From a virus: a DNA stretch of 64,000 nucleotides. A program made the translations under genes and the position numbers. Numbering within the stretch: position 1 is the first letter of the stretch; each line of letters opens with the position of its first letter. Positions 10,560 to 21,225 of the stretch are shown here, one piece after another. The notes under the pieces are model-generated. The model saw nothing but the letters and a program-made list of their open reading frames with translations. It was not told where the DNA came from and ran no database searches. Location: the IMG/VR virus record IMGVR_UViG_3300042868_009489; one strand, given 5' to 3'.

Positions 10560-11237
10560 CTATTCATAGAAAAATTGACCAGTTTCCAAAGCTGTTGGAG
10601 GGCTATCTTTATGCCAAACATTTACAACCATGACTCTTCTAACTCCAGATACGGGAGCAGTTGTGTTATGTATAACATGACCTGCATCAAATATTATTAA
10701 TCTATTAGGTTTACAGGCTATTCTCTCTCTTAGCTCAATTGGGACTATCAACGGATCTATATTTATTTTCTCCAATGCTTCTTCGGTATTCTCGGAGACT
10801 GCAGTTGGGTGCAGTTCTAGGAATCCGCCTACAACATCATTTGTATGCGGATAGTACACACATCCTATTGCAGGTCCTCTAAATATTTTTTTATCTGCAT
10901 AGAGGAAAGTGTCCTCATCTACATGAGTTCCTAAATATTGTCCAGGATTGAATGTTCTTGTCCAGTATTCAAAGCCGCAGACTTCCTCAATCGGGAAAGG
11001 TAAGTTTTTTTCCCATATTTTTTTTACAACTTTTTTTCTTGGAGTATTTGCTGGTGAATTCCACCAACCATCCCAAAACATATATGGAGCAAAACAGTCT
11101 GATTTTTCATCATGGTAACTATTTAGCTCTATTGCTATTCTATCTTCGTTGCCCATAGATACTGGAAAAAAATCTTTTGTTTCTTCGATTTCTTTTAAGA
11201 TATCTTTATCTTTAATGAAGTCATCTAATATAATCAT
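10560..11237 (-). CDS. 2OG-Fe(II) oxygenase
   Basis: FEYW..HVD..VYYP..GGFLE..KPNRLIIFD..H..R.VMVVNVW. Confidence 0.8.
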   Translation of the reverse strand: MIILDDFIKDKDILKEIEETKDFFPVSMGNEDRIAIELNSYHDEKSDCFAPYMFWDGWWNSPANTPRKKVVKKIWEKNLPFPIEEVCGFEYWTRTFNPGQYLGTHVDEDTFLYADKKIFRGPAIGCVYYPHTNDVVGGFLELHPTAVSENTEEALEKINIDPLIVPIELRERIACKPNRLIIFDAGHVIHNTTAPVSGVRRVMVVNVWHKDSPPTALETGQFFYE

Positions 11238-11249
11238 AGGTATATAGTA

Positions 11250-11948
11250 CTACAATTTCACGGCATACGTAACAGCTGCGCCTGTTGGATTATGGTAAAC
11301 AGCTGAGTTATCAATATCTTTTAAGACCTGGTGTACTTCATAAATATCAGTAAATATAGATTCATCTTGATACAGTGAATCCATTCCAGTATAGAGCATC
11401 ATTAGGGTTCCGTTTTTATTTAATCTATCAAAAAATTTAACAGCTACACTAGGATTGTGAATCACATCGTGGAGACTCATGCATATGAAATCGTACGTTG
11501 GACCTTGATTTGTTTCAATTTCTTGCATGGTTATGGTGTCGTAATGCCATTCATCTGTTTTAATGAACTGTTCAAATAGATCTAATTGATAGTTGTTTAA
11601 CATGGTTAATTTTGATCTTTTATTCATTAGATTAGCCAACCCCGTATTAAAAGCGGGTAGTGTCATAAGTGAAGTTTCTGGCTTTGCAGTCAGAAACCCA
11701 AACTCATGAGTATTAGCTGCATAGTAATATGCTGGGTTTACATTCCAGAAATGACTATCTTCACTAAAGACATCAAAATACCATATTAGAAAATCCATTC
11801 CAACAGCTATTTTTCTTTTATCTAATGATAAAGTTTTAAGATAATTGTTTATTTTCTTACTCTTAGAAATGGAGTCTTTAACGGATTCTATGTCTATGTA
11901 TTTAATTAACTTAATTAAATTTTCAAAGTAATTCATTTCATAGTTCAC
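11250..11948 (-). CDS. Hypothetical protein with methyltransferase-like C-terminus
   Basis: YDFICM..FFDRLNKNGTLMM resembles class I methyltransferase motifs; no clear GxGxG motif. Confidence 0.4.
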   Translation of the reverse strand: MNYEMNYFENLIKLIKYIDIESVKDSISKSKKINNYLKTLSLDKRKIAVGMDFLIWYFDVFSEDSHFWNVNPAYYYAANTHEFGFLTAKPETSLMTLPAFNTGLANLMNKRSKLTMLNNYQLDLFEQFIKTDEWHYDTITMQEIETNQGPTYDFICMSLHDVIHNPSVAVKFFDRLNKNGTLMMLYTGMDSLYQDESIFTDIYEVHQVLKDIDNSAVYHNPTGAAVTYAVKL

Positions 11949-12231
11949 GATTAATTGCCCCTAATGCAAGCTGGCGCATATGCCAAAGTCTTCTAATGTT
12001 TCCTATTAATGAAATTCTTTGATTTTTTAAGAATAAAAAGATTTGATTTTTTCGCCCGTCTAACTCGCCAGATTCAATTTCCTTTATTGGAATTTGAGTT
12101 ATGCTTCTAGCAGAATCTATCAATTGATCTATAGAATACGAATCATACTCGTCAATATTTAAGCCGATAAAGCAAACATAAAAAGCTAACTGCTCATCTA
12201 TATATTCTAAATCTTTTTGTGCGTTATACAT
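11938..12231 (-). CDS. Hypothetical protein
   Basis: 97 aa; tightly packed in the operon. Confidence 0.55.
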   Translation of the reverse strand: MYNAQKDLEYIDEQLAFYVCFIGLNIDEYDSYSIDQLIDSARSITQIPIKEIESGELDGRKNQIFLFLKNQRISLIGNIRRLWHMRQLALGAINREL

Positions 12232-12438
12232 CTATATTAGATCTTCTATAGTTGGAGAAAGCGGAAGTATTATATACTTATTTTTATCTGCAAATTCTTT
12301 AGTGAGAACATACTCACGAGTAGTTCCGCCATTAGGCATTATTATATTGCCATCTTCTTCCGAGTAAACGGGGACTGAATCATCTAAAGCTTCAGTGAAC
12401 TCATGTATCGGTTCTTCACTAATTGGTTTAGGATTCAC
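12232..12438 (-). CDS. Hypothetical protein
   Basis: 68 aa; tightly packed in the operon. Confidence 0.5.
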   Translation of the reverse strand: MNPKPISEEPIHEFTEALDDSVPVYSEEDGNIIMPNGGTTREYVLTKEFADKNKYIILPLSPTIEDLI

Positions 12439-12619
12439 TTATTTTTAGTCTTTCTAATATTTTTTTCTGATCTTCTTTTATATCAAAAGCTTGCTTATAA
12501 AGAAGTGAATTATCATCATGATTATTTTCAAGAATATGAGAAAGCTTTTTAACTGATTTAGACAAAGCATCTGCTGCTCTTTTTTTAACTTTATCTTTTT
12601 GCTTATCTGTTAAGTTCAT
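12428..12619 (-). CDS. Hypothetical protein
   Basis: 63 aa; tightly packed in the operon. Confidence 0.5.
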   Translation of the reverse strand: MNLTDKQKDKVKKRAADALSKSVKKLSHILENNHDDNSLLYKQAFDIKEDQKKILERLKISES

Positions 12620-12626
12620 ATTGATA

Positions 12627-13325
12627 TTATGGTTGAGCTAGCTTTGGCAATCCTTCAAAAGCTGTACCAATTTTCTCACCCTTTTCATTTAAACCTGTTT
12701 TAATTCCTTTTGTCCAAGTCCAAGGATTCTCTGTATTATTTTTCATTTTTGCATCACCATATGACCTACGAGCAGTCATTAAATCTGGTTTGTCCCAAAG
12801 ATTCTCTACGACAATTTCCGTTGATTCTAATAATGTGTTTGGATAAATAGTAAAATGCATTATAGGCATTCCTCCTGGAAACAGGACTGGTTCTCCAACT
12901 TTTGTTATTTGCCAGTTCATATTGAATTCGTCTGGCCACCAATAGCTTGGTATCGATGCCGTTAATGGAACTGCACCATCAATAAAATAATTAGGTGAAC
13001 CAGAAATCCAAGTACTATATCCGTCTTCCGTATTGAATGCCCAACCTGTGGTGAATGACATCATTCCAATGATACTGGGAATTGCAAGCGATCTTCCCTC
13101 AAACTTTTCGCCTTCTAGTATCTTAGGAACTGTGTTTCCACCATCCCACTGAACAACAACATCCTGCTGAAGAATCAGTTCCCAACCAGTAACATTTGCA
13201 ACAGTTAAAGGAAGACATTGGTATGCGTGCTTATTATAGGTGGCATCCATCCAATCTCTATTAAATCGAGACTGTTTTATCTCTGGTGGATTTTGAGTTG
13301 TTTTTACTAAAGTTAATTTAGTCAT
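12627..13325 (-). CDS. DUF6065-like protein
   Basis: RDWMD..HAYQCLPLTVAN..GWEL and SGSPN..DGAVPLT..W..F.MNW motifs, recognised from memory. Confidence 0.7.
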   Translation of the reverse strand: MTKLTLVKTTQNPPEIKQSRFNRDWMDATYNKHAYQCLPLTVANVTGWELILQQDVVVQWDGGNTVPKILEGEKFEGRSLAIPSIIGMMSFTTGWAFNTEDGYSTWISGSPNYFIDGAVPLTASIPSYWWPDEFNMNWQITKVGEPVLFPGGMPIMHFTIYPNTLLESTEIVVENLWDKPDLMTARRSYGDAKMKNNTENPWTWTKGIKTGLNEKGEKIGTAFEGLPKLAQP

Positions 13326-13329
13326 TGTA

Positions 13330-14079
13330 TTACCTTGGTGGCGAATACATTATTGGCTGTGTGCCACCTTTTGATATTCCAACATTTTCAGTGATCTTAG
13401 AACCATCAGAGGCGTAGCCTGTAGATTGCTTGTGATTGTTATCATTGTAGTCAAACATAGTTACTGCACTATACTTAATTCCACTGGTCACTTTCAAGGA
13501 TGCGTGAGCATAAATGTATGTAGATGGGAACATTAGAATGTCACCTTTTTGAGGTTTGAAAGCAATGTTTAGATATGGGAACCAAAGCTCTCCACCTTCA
13601 TAGTCATCGTTGAAATAGGCAATTGATGAAACGGTGCAAGTATAAGAAAAACCATGATCTGTATGAACCGCAAAATGTTGATCTTTACCATAACGAATAA
13701 AGTTAATTGCTTCCATGTATTCCATTTTGAAGTTATATAAAGATTCATAATGATTTAAGCATTGCTTGATCGCTTTTTCTGTATCTTCGTAAACGCTTTT
13801 TACTTCTTCAAATTCAGGAGTTAACAATGGCCAATGTGCTGGACTCATTTTTAGATCTACGCAGTCTCTATAGTCTGGCATTTTTTCATTATAGCCAACC
13901 ATTGCCTCCGACCATTTAAATAGATCGTGAGTGCTGTTTCCAATGGTCTTTTCTAATCTTTCTGGAACGTTTATATCATCCGCAAGCGCACCCCTATAAA
14001 GATAGATTCCGAGTTTTGCATTGTCTTCTGGATTTTTGCAAGCTCCTATATGAAAGTATTCCATAATATCTCCGTTCAT
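13330..14079 (-). CDS. 2OG-Fe(II) oxygenase, prolyl 4-hydroxylase-like
   Basis: HTD..YFNDDYEGGELWFP..KPQKGDILMFPS..H..VTSGIKYS. Confidence 0.88.
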   Translation of the reverse strand: MNGDIMEYFHIGACKNPEDNAKLGIYLYRGALADDINVPERLEKTIGNSTHDLFKWSEAMVGYNEKMPDYRDCVDLKMSPAHWPLLTPEFEEVKSVYEDTEKAIKQCLNHYESLYNFKMEYMEAINFIRYGKDQHFAVHTDHGFSYTCTVSSIAYFNDDYEGGELWFPYLNIAFKPQKGDILMFPSTYIYAHASLKVTSGIKYSAVTMFDYNDNNHKQSTGYASDGSKITENVGISKGGTQPIMYSPPR

Positions 14080-14131
14080 TTTCTATTTATGATATGATTA
14101 TTGTACCACAAGTTCGAGCACTAAGGATACC

Positions 14132-14764
14132 ATGTTTGATTCAAGTGATAGTTCATTAGTTTTACCAGGACATTTTGGTTCTTCATCGGACAATATAAAG
14201 ATCATTAAAAATTTTGTTGAATTAGAAGATTTAAAAATAATACAATCTTTTTTACCTACCATTAATGAATGGATGGACGCTGGAGAGAACACATATGCTG
14301 AGGATGGAACATGCACGTATGATGCATCTTACTGGATGAACAGACAGTGTAGCTTTGATATTCTATCTAGAATCAATTTAGATGTTTATAACTTAGTGGA
14401 TAAATATATTTTAAAAATGAAATATTTTTTAGAAGATAGTTTTAATGTTAAACTTTCTGTTAGACCACCAGTTATCATTAGATGGTTTCCTGGATTGGAG
14501 CAGCAACCTCATTCTGATAAGCAGTTAAATGATGGTTCACCAAATCCATTTCCTACTTATGATTTAAATTCATTATTATATTATAATGATGATTTTGAGG
14601 GTGGGGAGTTATATTATCCACAACATGATATAATTGTTAAACCAGAGCCTGGTCTTGCAGTCGCTCATCCTGGTGATATCAATTATCTTCATGGCGTCAA
14701 GATGGTAACATCTGGAGAAAGATTTACTACACCATCTTTTTATACTATTACTGAATTAGTATAG
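14132..14764 (+). CDS. 2OG-Fe(II) oxygenase; the only plus-strand gene in the late region
   Basis: HSD..YYNDDFEGGELYYP..KPEPG..HGVKMVTSGERFT. Confidence 0.88.
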   Translation: MFDSSDSSLVLPGHFGSSSDNIKIIKNFVELEDLKIIQSFLPTINEWMDAGENTYAEDGTCTYDASYWMNRQCSFDILSRINLDVYNLVDKYILKMKYFLEDSFNVKLSVRPPVIIRWFPGLEQQPHSDKQLNDGSPNPFPTYDLNSLLYYNDDFEGGELYYPQHDIIVKPEPGLAVAHPGDINYLHGVKMVTSGERFTTPSFYTITELV

Positions 14765-14787
14765 ATAAATTTATTTCCAATTAGAAT

Positions 14788-14816
14788 AACCCACCCTTTT
14801 TACGGGGTGGGTTTTT
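14788..14816. terminator. Terminator hairpin between convergent genes
   Basis: aacccaccc / gggtgggtt stem followed by a T run. Confidence 0.7.
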
Positions 14817-14829
14817 CTATATACTTTAC

Positions 14830-15355
14830 CTACTTAAACGCTGGTGGGAAGAAAGGTGGGAAGAAAGGTGGGAAGAAAGGTGGGAAATAAGGTGGGAAAT
14901 ATGGCGGGAAATATGGCGGGAAATAAGGTGGGAAATAAGGTGGGAAGAACGGTGGGAAGAATGGTGGGAAGTAAGGTGGGAAAAATGGCGGGAAAAATGG
15001 CGGGAAGTAGGGCGGAAAGAATGGAGGGAAGAATGGCGGAAAGAAAGGCGGGAAGAAAGGCGGGAAATAAGGTGGGAAGAACGGCGGGAAGAACGGCGGG
15101 AAATAAGGGCTGTTAATAACATAGTCAATAGCAGTTCCCAAAGGAACTATTGTGGTATCTGTTAAAGCAGTCACTACCGTATCTAATGTAGTTCCAGTAT
15201 TTTCTGTATTTGCAGCACCTGGTACTGGGGTTACGTTTCCTACTGTAAATCCAGCTGCAGTAATTGTTGCATTAGCAGTTGCTTTATCAGTTCCGGGCAG
15301 CTACTGTTGGCTTAGGAGCTTTTCTATTTTGCTTCTTACCAGTATTATCGGCCAT
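14830..15355 (-). CDS. PASTA-like domain plus 22x (F/Y)FPP repeat protein; +1 shift at CGG (C at 15295)
   Basis: MADNTGKKQNRKAPKPTVAA-(c)-GTDKATANATITAAGFTVGNVT..PLGTAIDYVINSP(YFPP/FFPP)22 AFK. ATG abuts the upstream stop; the paralog at 21535-22234 reads KPTIAKGT unbroken across this junction. Confidence 0.75.
14841..15108 (-). repeat. 12-bp degenerate coding tandem repeat encoding (F/Y)FPP
   Basis: 22 units with varied synonymous codons. Confidence 0.9.
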
Positions 15356-15356
15356 A

Positions 15357-18140
15357 TTACGCTACCAAGTCTCCTAGAGCAACCCATGTATCAGTTGCGC
15401 GTTTAATAAGTGTAGCAGATGACCAAGTTGTGCGCAACTTAAGTCCTGGAGTTCCGTTAATTGTTACTCCAGCACCCGCTGTTATTGTACACTGACCGGC
15501 TCCAGTTTGTAAAATAGTCAGAGTGGAACCAACTGGAAAGGCTACCGAAGAGTTAGGTGGAACCGTTAAAGTATTAGCTGAAGCATTTCCTACTTCAACT
15601 AATTTATTTTTATCAGCTAACACAAGTGTATAAGAAGCTGCTTGAGCATTAATTGTAGTATCGGCTATTTTATTTTGCTCAATTGCGGCAGTTGATGAAA
15701 CATCAGCATTTGAGATGGTTCCCGCTGGAAGCGTCACTGTTCCAGTAAATGTTGGCGATGCTAGAGGTGCTTTATCATTAAGTTGTGTTTGGATTGCAGA
15801 TGTTACGCCATTCAGGTAACCAATTTCCGTATCGGAAACATCTGTTACTCGTGCTTGAATCGTTGTGGTATCAACTGACAGCACATTGGATACTAGATTG
15901 ATTCCACTTCCGTTAGTTATTGTTTGTGCGGCGTTAAACGGGGCGTATGTGATGTTGTCAGTTCCAATAACAATTGGATTTGTAGCACTGTTATTTACAT
16001 ACCCGTACCCAGCGTTGGTATTTCCACCCATAATAAAGCAGAAGTCTCCAGGAGCCAGTTCTCCAGACGGGTTATTGTCAGCGTCTGTTGCTCTTGTGAC
16101 TACCCAAGGGGCGCTTACGCTACCGACTGCCGTAATGGTGTAAATACCATTTTCTTTTGAATCGGTCTGCGACTTAACAAGGATTCTGTTTCCAACAACT
16201 ACCGAAGCTCCATCAATAGTACCAATTGAACCATTTGTTGCTTTTGTTAGAGTTGCACCAACCCCAGCAGTTCCGTTGTTGTATGTTCCAGCGAGGTTCC
16301 CAGTTGTTGCAGCAACCACTGATTCATGGAAGTGAACACCAGAAGAAATGTTATCTACATACTGTTTAGTAACTGCCTGAAGTGCTGATGATGGGTCTGC
16401 AGCAAGTGTCACCGTTCCAGTTGCAGTAATGTTTGCAAAAGTAACAGAAGCATTTGTTGCAACTGACTGTCCAATAGAAATTGTAGGAGTTGTTGTTCCG
16501 CTAATTGTTACTCCCGTTCCTTCTGTTATTGAAGTAACTGGAGCAGTACCGCTAGAAGCTGCTGTAAGCTGACCTTGTGCGTTTACTGTGACGCTAGCAT
16601 ATGTATATGCACCTGCAGTTACTGCAGTGTTTGTAATTGCAACTGATGCGCTAGAACCCTCTCCTTCAGTGTGAGTAACTGTGATTCCAGTTCCACTAGT
16701 AACATTTGAAACATAATTGCCAGTTGTATCAGTCCCTAAATCAATTGAATCATTAACCCAAGCTGAGCCATTGTATTTAAGGAAATTTCCAGATGCTAAA
16801 TCTGTTAATGTAACTCCAGTAATGTCATCAATACTGTTAAGAGCTGGAATTGATTCGTTAATCCAAGCTGAACCATTCCATTTTAAGAATTGACCAGATG
16901 TTGCTGTTGTAATTGTTACATCCACAATATCATCAAGAGAATTAACTGCAGCTAGTGCAGCCCATTCTATTCCACTGGCAGCTGCCGAATTAGCTTTAAG
17001 TACATACCCATTAGTTCCAACTGCTAATGTGGTTAGTGTATTGTCAGCGGTACCGACTAGAATATCTCCCTTTGAGTCAAAAGATGCTTTTTGAACAAAG
17101 ATATTAGCTGCCGAGTTAGCTGCATTACCTTCGGCTACTAAAGCTCTTGCTTGAACAAACTCAGTTGTAGCTATTTGAGTACTATTTGTGCCAGCATTTG
17201 CTGTTGGCGCAGTTGGCGTTCCAGTTAAGCCTGGGCTAGCAGTTGCTGCATACCCGGCAAAAGATACCGATGAGCTTCTAACTTCAGTTACTCTACCATA
17301 GGAATCTGTATATACGGTATCTACAAAAGTTGTAGTATTTGATCCAGCGGTTGAAGCGACGTTTATTGTAGCAAGATCAATTGAATCTGCATTCACTTGA
17401 ATTCTACCCGAGTTTGCTGAGATAACATTAATAGTGTTTCCATCTCTGGTTAAACCTGCTCCAGGTTGTGTTGCTGCAGTGCCTGAAAATACTGAGTAAA
17501 CAATATTATCAACACCAATACTTATTTGACCGCCTGCTCCGGTTCCAGCCGATGTAATGACATAGGAGTTACCTACGCTAACCGTACCATCTATTACATA
17601 AACTGTATCACCAGGTTTCATTTCTCCAGCAGGACTATTGTCTGCATCTGTGCGACGCGTTAAGATAAAGGCTACAGATACATCACCAATGTCAGTTACT
17701 GTATAAATACCATTATGTGCAGCATTCGCTTGATTCTTGACTAAAACTGAGTCGCCCAAAAATGGATTTTCTCCATCTATTGTTAAAAGTCCAAAAGCAT
17801 CCGCCGTAAGTGTTGCGCCAACTCCACTAGTTCCATTATTGTATGTGCAAGCTGGAAGTGCTGCATTCGTTGCTAGGCTAACAGCTTGATGCCAGCTTGT
17901 GCCTGCAGCTATTGAGTCAACATAGCCTCTTGTAGCTAAGTCTGTAGGAGTTGTTCCTGCACTTGATGCAATAACTGAATTTACTGTTAAAACTCCACTT
18001 GCTGATACATTACCTACGTTAGATCCAGAAGAATTCTGAAATTGAATTAAAGGCGCTGTAGCATTAGCGGCTGCTTTAATTACAAAAGCTTCATCGTAGA
18101 CTGTAATTTCAGGGGCGGTTTCAATTCTTAAGCGGGCCAT
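15357..18140 (-). CDS. Tail/head fibre-like structural protein
   Basis: 927 aa, T/G/A/S-rich; duplicated YNNGTxGVGATLT..NGIYT..R.TDADN domain; LKWNGSAWIN repeats; [11 protein letters not shown] motif. Confidence 0.75.
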   Translation of the reverse strand: MARLRIETAPEITVYDEAFVIKAAANATAPLIQFQNSSGSNVGNVSASGVLTVNSVIASSAGTTPTDLATRGYVDSIAAGTSWHQAVSLATNAALPACTYNNGTSGVGATLTADAFGLLTIDGENPFLGDSVLVKNQANAAHNGIYTVTDIGDVSVAFILTRRTDADNSPAGEMKPGDTVYVIDGTVSVGNSYVITSAGTGAGGQISIGVDNIVYSVFSGTAATQPGAGLTRDGNTINVISANSGRIQVNADSIDLATINVASTAGSNTTTFVDTVYTDSYGRVTEVRSSSVSFAGYAATASPGLTGTPTAPTANAGTNSTQIATTEFVQARALVAEGNAANSAANIFVQKASFDSKGDILVGTADNTLTTLAVGTNGYVLKANSAAASGIEWAALAAVNSLDDIVDVTITTATSGQFLKWNGSAWINESIPALNSIDDITGVTLTDLASGNFLKYNGSAWVNDSIDLGTDTTGNYVSNVTSGTGITVTHTEGEGSSASVAITNTAVTAGAYTYASVTVNAQGQLTAASSGTAPVTSITEGTGVTISGTTTPTISIGQSVATNASVTFANITATGTVTLAADPSSALQAVTKQYVDNISSGVHFHESVVAATTGNLAGTYNNGTAGVGATLTKATNGSIGTIDGASVVVGNRILVKSQTDSKENGIYTITAVGSVSAPWVVTRATDADNNPSGELAPGDFCFIMGGNTNAGYGYVNNSATNPIVIGTDNITYAPFNAAQTITNGSGINLVSNVLSVDTTTIQARVTDVSDTEIGYLNGVTSAIQTQLNDKAPLASPTFTGTVTLPAGTISNADVSSTAAIEQNKIADTTINAQAASYTLVLADKNKLVEVGNASANTLTVPPNSSVAFPVGSTLTILQTGAGQCTITAGAGVTINGTPGLKLRTTWSSATLIKRATDTWVALGDLVA

Positions 18141-18199
18141 ATCTCTCCTAGTGTGAGATTTTAAACAACTAGGAATATAGTAATAGATATACTATGAAT

Positions 18200-19006
18200 T
18201 TATTGGGTTATCCTCTTTAAATAGTCCAACATTTTACCGGTATATTTTATACGTCCAAAATGGGTTAAATTAATAGTTGGGTCAACCCAAATCTTTCCAC
18301 CCATCTTTTGCCAATATCTACAAAAACCATAATCCTCAGATAGAAATCTGCCATCATCATCTACATAAGAGTTAAATAGAGCGTAGGAATTTTCTCTTTC
18401 CAAACCAGACAAAGCTCCAGTATCATCATTGTATTTAAGTTTTTTATATTTTTTAAACATCTTATCAAATACTTGACGTTTAATAAGCATAAAGCCAGTT
18501 CCTGCTTCATAGCACTCGATTGCACCATTGTCAATGTTTAATTGATTTTCTCCAGGCTTAGTCATATGCACCACATATCTAGTAGAGTGCTCCATTAAGT
18601 CACTAGCCGGAAGGTCTGCTTGTGCAGCTTCTTTTACTTTATCCCAACTTATTTCCTTAATTGGATATGATGCCGTCATGACATCTTTATCATGCCATAA
18701 AAGTTTTAAAACTGATTCTTTATTAAATTCAAGATCAACATCTATAAATATCATATGAGTATAATCTGGATTTCCCATAAATTTAGCAGCAAGGTTATTT
18801 CTTGCGCGGTTAATCAAAGAATCTGATATCGTACAAACTGAATATTTTAAACCGATTTCTTTAAAATAAAGAGCTGTTTGCAAAAAACTCATCATGAAAG
18901 GTTCAGTTACATGAGAATCATAACATGGAAGGGCGAAGAAAATGTGCCAGCTTTCAAGTTGTTCTTTAGATATTGTAATATTAATTGGTTGTTCTTCTAC
19001 AGGCAT
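18200..19006 (-). CDS. Glycosyltransferase, GT-A fold
   Basis: SLINRARN..HMIFIDVD..GTGFMLIKR..LSEDYGFC..GGKIWVD..HFG. Confidence 0.8.
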   Translation of the reverse strand: MPVEEQPINITISKEQLESWHIFFALPCYDSHVTEPFMMSFLQTALYFKEIGLKYSVCTISDSLINRARNNLAAKFMGNPDYTHMIFIDVDLEFNKESVLKLLWHDKDVMTASYPIKEISWDKVKEAAQADLPASDLMEHSTRYVVHMTKPGENQLNIDNGAIECYEAGTGFMLIKRQVFDKMFKKYKKLKYNDDTGALSGLERENSYALFNSYVDDDGRFLSEDYGFCRYWQKMGGKIWVDPTINLTHFGRIKYTGKMLDYLKRITQ

Positions 19007-19052
19007 ATAAAAATATTAGCCTAGATGTAGTTAGTTGTCAAGTTTTGAACGC

Positions 19053-19875
19053 CTATATGGAAACAATACCTACCCTAACGGAATTATTGGCCAATGGTGC
19101 AGAAAAATCAAATGTTACCGTATTTACTGTTGTAGCTTCCCATCTGGCATTTATCGATTCATAGGGGGAGTCTGCATTCCTTATGGAAATAACAATGTCT
19201 CTTGTATTTAAGGCATGTGTTATTACGTAAGTGGAATCTGTACTATTGCCGATAGTTTCTTTGTATGAAAGTATTGGGCTTCCTGCTACCGTAGCATATA
19301 CTGAAACAACGATAGAGTCAGAAGTAACGGGAGAACTAAAATCAACTGTGATTGTGCTTGTAGTTGTAGCTTCCCAACGAGCTTGAATTACTTCGTATGG
19401 TGAAGCTGCATTTCTAATTACAACTACAACATTTCTTGTTCCAAGTCCATGTGTAATTGTATAGCTTGAATTTGTTCCATCGCCTATAGTGTCAGTATGT
19501 ATAGTCCCGGTAATGTTGCCTTCTAAGGAAGGTATGAATTTAGTGCCATCAAATTTAAGGACTTGGTTTACTGAGGCACCTGTTGGATCTATTTCTATAG
19601 AATCTACAGTTAGTGTTGTAGCTTGAATGTTGGCAACATTGACCGTTGAAGGCAAGGATAGCGTATAGGCTTTCGTTGTGGCATTAGCTGTTACGGTGAC
19701 CTGATTAGCGGTTCCTGCAATCGAAGATATTAAAGCTGCTCCGGATTATAGAGTTTGAAGAATTTTTATAAAACAGCTTACCATCAGCGTAGTTAATCGC
19801 AATTTCGCCGTCAGCCAACGTTGATGGAGCCTGTGAAGGCGTTGCTGATTTCTTAAGGGTAATTGTATTGGCCAT
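19053..19875 (-). CDS. Fibre-associated structural protein; +1 shift at CGG (C at 19743)
   Basis: MANTITLKKSATPSQAPSTLADGEIAINYADGKLFYK..SII-(c)-GAALISS joins the 200 aa ORF; two ITH.L.TR.VV C-terminal repeats. Confidence 0.75.
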
Positions 19876-19980
19876 TTTAATCCTTTAGACTATGTGGATA
19901 TAGTAACAAGAATTTGTTTTTAATTATATTAAATTTACCATTTACCTAATCGACATGTCGCTAGTTTTAGCTTTATGTGG

Positions 19981-20995
19981 TTATTTGAATTCTTTTCCAG
20001 TCCTGTAATCAAATCCAATTGCCTTTAAATACTCAGTATAGCTTTCTTCATCTTTAGCGGCTAACGGACCATATTCTAAACCTTTTAAAATATGGTTATG
20101 ATAATTTTTATAATTATTTAAATTGCCTGATCCTATTTTTAGATTGATTGGATTAGTATGGTTATGATAATCTTTATAATTATTTAAATTGCTTGATTCT
20201 ATTTTTAGATTAATTGGATTTCTCCAATTATCCTTACCTATACCTTCAAAATATTCTTCAGTTTTACCTAAGTGCCATAAAACATTTTCTTTAAGACAGA
20301 ATATTCTAAAACCATTTGTCCAAGCTCTAAGACCTGTTGTAAACTCTTCGCCAAAAAAAGATATTCTTGGATCTGGAATAATTTCTTTGTAAAAATCACT
20401 TGTGCTAAAAATGAAGTGTCCAGATACAAAATGTGTTTCTATATACTCTTTTCCGATTCCAAGGATTAGTTTGCTCTTTTATAAGATTATCTATTTTATT
20501 TTTAAATTCAGCATCTGCGTAATTTGCAATACATTCAGCCCACATAGTCCATGGATATGGATCAGCTGAATGATAAGTCTCTACTCCTTCATAATTTTTT
20601 TCAAACCATGGAGTTCTTCCAGATATAATTATTTTATGACAATATGTTTCAGATATTAAATTATGATAATACTTTAATTTTTTATCCCAATCTTTCTTAA
20701 ATCTCATATGACCATCAACTCGCATAACATAATGCTCATCTAACATAAGCCATGATGCAATTAACCAAGCTAGGCCCAACCCAAGACCATATAAAAATGT
20801 TAAATTTGCCGTTCTTACATTTGGAAATGAAGAAAAATCTTCAAAATTATCATCTAATCTTTGATTACAAATACCAACATATACATTTTCAGGCTTTTCT
20901 GCTTCGTTATATATGCTTTTTATAGTGTTTAAAAGATCTTCTTCTCTAAAAGCTGCAATTGCAATAAATATTTTTTCATTCAATACATTTACCAT
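19981..20995 (-). CDS. Hydroxyproline GlcNAc-transferase-like protein (Skp1 Gnt1 / 'GlcNAc' family); +1 shift at CGG (C at 20455)
   Basis: IFIAIAAFRE..TIKS..AEKPENVYVGICNQ and VDGHMRF..WD before the shift; SGHFIF..DP..FFGEE..LRAWTNGF..WH after it. Confidence 0.75.
20091..20220. repeat. 66-bp in-frame tandem duplication inside the GlcNAc-transferase gene
   Basis: NPINLKIESSNLNNYKDYHNHT / NPINLKIGSGNLNNYKNYHNH. Confidence 0.85.
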
Positions 20996-21216
20996 TTACC
21001 TAATGGACATGTCGCTGCTTTTAGCTTAACTTTCATCTTCATAAAACAACCACATTCTTTACACTGGTGAGTTACGGGAATTAGCCTATCGCAATCATTG
21101 CAGATGTCCATTCGTCTTACCGATTCCTCTTCCGAGGCGTGTTCGACATTTGGATTAAGCACATCCCATGGACGTGTTGTTCCAAGTTTCTTTTTATATT
21201 CTTGCCAAGGAGTCAC
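20989..21216 (-). CDS. Small Cys-rich protein, DUF6171-like
   Basis: R..IC..C..QCKECGCFM..K......CPLGKW. Confidence 0.7.
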   Translation of the reverse strand: MTPWQEYKKKLGTTRPWDVLNPNVEHASEEESVRRMDICNDCDRLIPVTHQCKECGCFMKMKVKLKAATCPLGKW

Positions 21217-21225
21217 TGTATTTCC

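Noticed and set aside
14826-15128. Alternative-frame ORFs over the 12-bp repeat (SSRR/SHLI frame and plus-strand GRKV frame)
   Set aside because: Variation is synonymous only in the FFPP frame, which also joins the PASTA-like domain and matches the paralog.
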